Shown one piece after another: positions 23,395 through 24,000 of a DNA stretch of 24,000 nucleotides. Within the stretch, counting starts at the first letter, position 1. Each line of letters starts with the position of its first letter. This DNA is from an uncultured Clostridiaceae bacterium. GTDB lineage: Bacteria > Bacillota > Clostridia > TANB77 > CAG-465. The notes below the pieces were generated by a model. It saw only the letters and a list, made by a program, of their open reading frames with translations, was not told the DNA's origin and searched no databases. The stretch spans positions 2,820-26,819 of the forward strand of contig CAZXLZ010000012.1 in NCBI GenBank assembly GCA_964642045.1, read 5' to 3'. The position numbers and the translations under genes are program-made.

Positions 23395-24000
23395 TTAAAG
23401 TAACTCTAACGCTTCTTTTTCTATTTCTATACTTTTATCATTTAGATAATTAAGAATACTTTTTTCATCAAAATTAAATTTGTATTTATATGCAACAAGT
23501 AGCTGTTTTGATTTTTTAAATCTCTTATTTACTTCATTTTTACCGTATTTACTATCACCAATTATTTCATGATTAATTGATGCTAGATGACATCTTATTT
23601 GATGAGTTTTTCCTGTATGTAAAACTACATCTAAAATAGCATAATTTTTATCTTTATTTTGGTTTAAAACTGTGTATTCTGTAGTAATTTTTTGAGAGTA
23701 TGTTAAGTTCTTGTCTGTTATTTTTGAAAATCCTGTTTTGTTATCTTTAATTAGGTAAGCAATAAGCACCTCATGCATTTTTTGAAATTGGTAATTATTT
23801 ACATAAGCAATATAATGTTTTTCAATTTTAAAATCTGAAAAAGCTCTTTTTACTTCATTAAATACATTTTCTGATTTTGCTAAAATAACAAGCCCAGAAG
23901 TATTAGTATCCAGCCTATGGCATGCTTTTAAGAAATTTAAATGAAGATCATCTTTTATAACTTCTTCAAATGTAGGTTCTTTTTTATCTTTATTTAACTC
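23395..24000 (-). CDS. RluA-family pseudouridine synthase, partial; the 5' end lies outside the window
   Basis: The frame is open from 24000 down to the stop at 23395 (606 nt, 202 codons). It contains 'HRLDTNTSGLVILAKSE' (catalytic Asp motif) and 'HTGKTHQIRCHLASINHEIIGDSKYG'. The ORF-track Met at 23778 is therefore internal. Confidence 0.85.
   Translation of the reverse strand, partial: ELNKDKKEPTFEEVIKDDLHLNFLKACHRLDTNTSGLVILAKSENVFNEVKRAFSDFKIEKHYIAYVNNYQFQKMHEVLIAYLIKDNKTGFSKITDKNLTYSQKITTEYTVLNQNKDKNYAILDVVLHTGKTHQIRCHLASINHEIIGDSKYGKNEVNKRFKKSKQLLVAYKYKFNFDEKSILNYLNDKSIEIEKEALELL

Noticed and set aside
23223-23453. A 76-aa + strand ORF between the membrane-protein terminator and the RluA-family gene.
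   Set aside because: It has a GTG start without an RBS and overlaps the 3' end of the pseudouridine synthase gene. Its composition looks like non-coding AT-rich sequence.
14044-24000. Search for a direct repeat of the ssrA 3' end (attR) or an integrase that would define a mobile island.
   Set aside because: I saw no second copy of the G+C-rich ssrA terminus and no recombinase-like ORF in the window, so no mobile element is called.
1-24000. CRISPR arrays, tRNA or rRNA genes, and IS elements.
   Set aside because: I found no regularly spaced direct repeats, no cloverleaf-type G+C-rich segments other than ssrA and the 14771..14850 element, and no transposase-like ORFs.

Overview
This is a very AT-rich chromosomal segment from a Firmicute, probably a Clostridium-like organism. 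Nearly every gene has a GGAGG-type ribosome-binding site, sigma-A-like TTGACA/TATAAT promoters are common, and hairpin terminators sit between most transcription units. Housekeeping anchors are RNase J (9887..11842) and the tmRNA gene ssrA (13678..14043). Left of them lie a partial ATP-grasp gene, a divergent MurB-like gene, a lipoprotein and a heterodimeric ABC exporter pair whose second gene has a disrupted 5' end. An unusual minus-strand operon (8044 to 6396) follows. It encodes a CxxC zinc-ribbon protein, then three tandem paralogous small ORFs with a shared KPxY[IM]xP[TV]R[AE]G..AFP core. The third small ORF is fused in frame to a YjjX/DUF84-type NTPase. A Nudix hydrolase, a DUF5680 protein and a DUF421/DUF4363 pair complete the left part. 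Directly downstream of ssrA the content becomes accessory-like. It holds a PBECR-like putative toxin and a ~50% G+C structured-RNA candidate with its own consensus promoter and terminator. It also holds a DUF3841 gene, a GyrI-like gene broken by an in-frame TGA, a GT2 glycosyltransferase and a Cys-rich orphan. Further right are an overlapping MazG-like/Nudix pair, a C26 amidotransferase plus P-loop kinase-like pair, an orphan minus-strand gene, a UbiB/ABC1 kinase, a small membrane protein and a partial RluA-family pseudouridine synthase. I saw no CRISPR array, transposase, integrase, rRNA or tRNA gene. The two best candidates for something undescribed are the zinc-ribbon / triple small-protein / NTPase operon and the promoter-to-terminator structured RNA next to the PBECR-like gene. 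All family assignments come from motif recognition by eye, not database searches.
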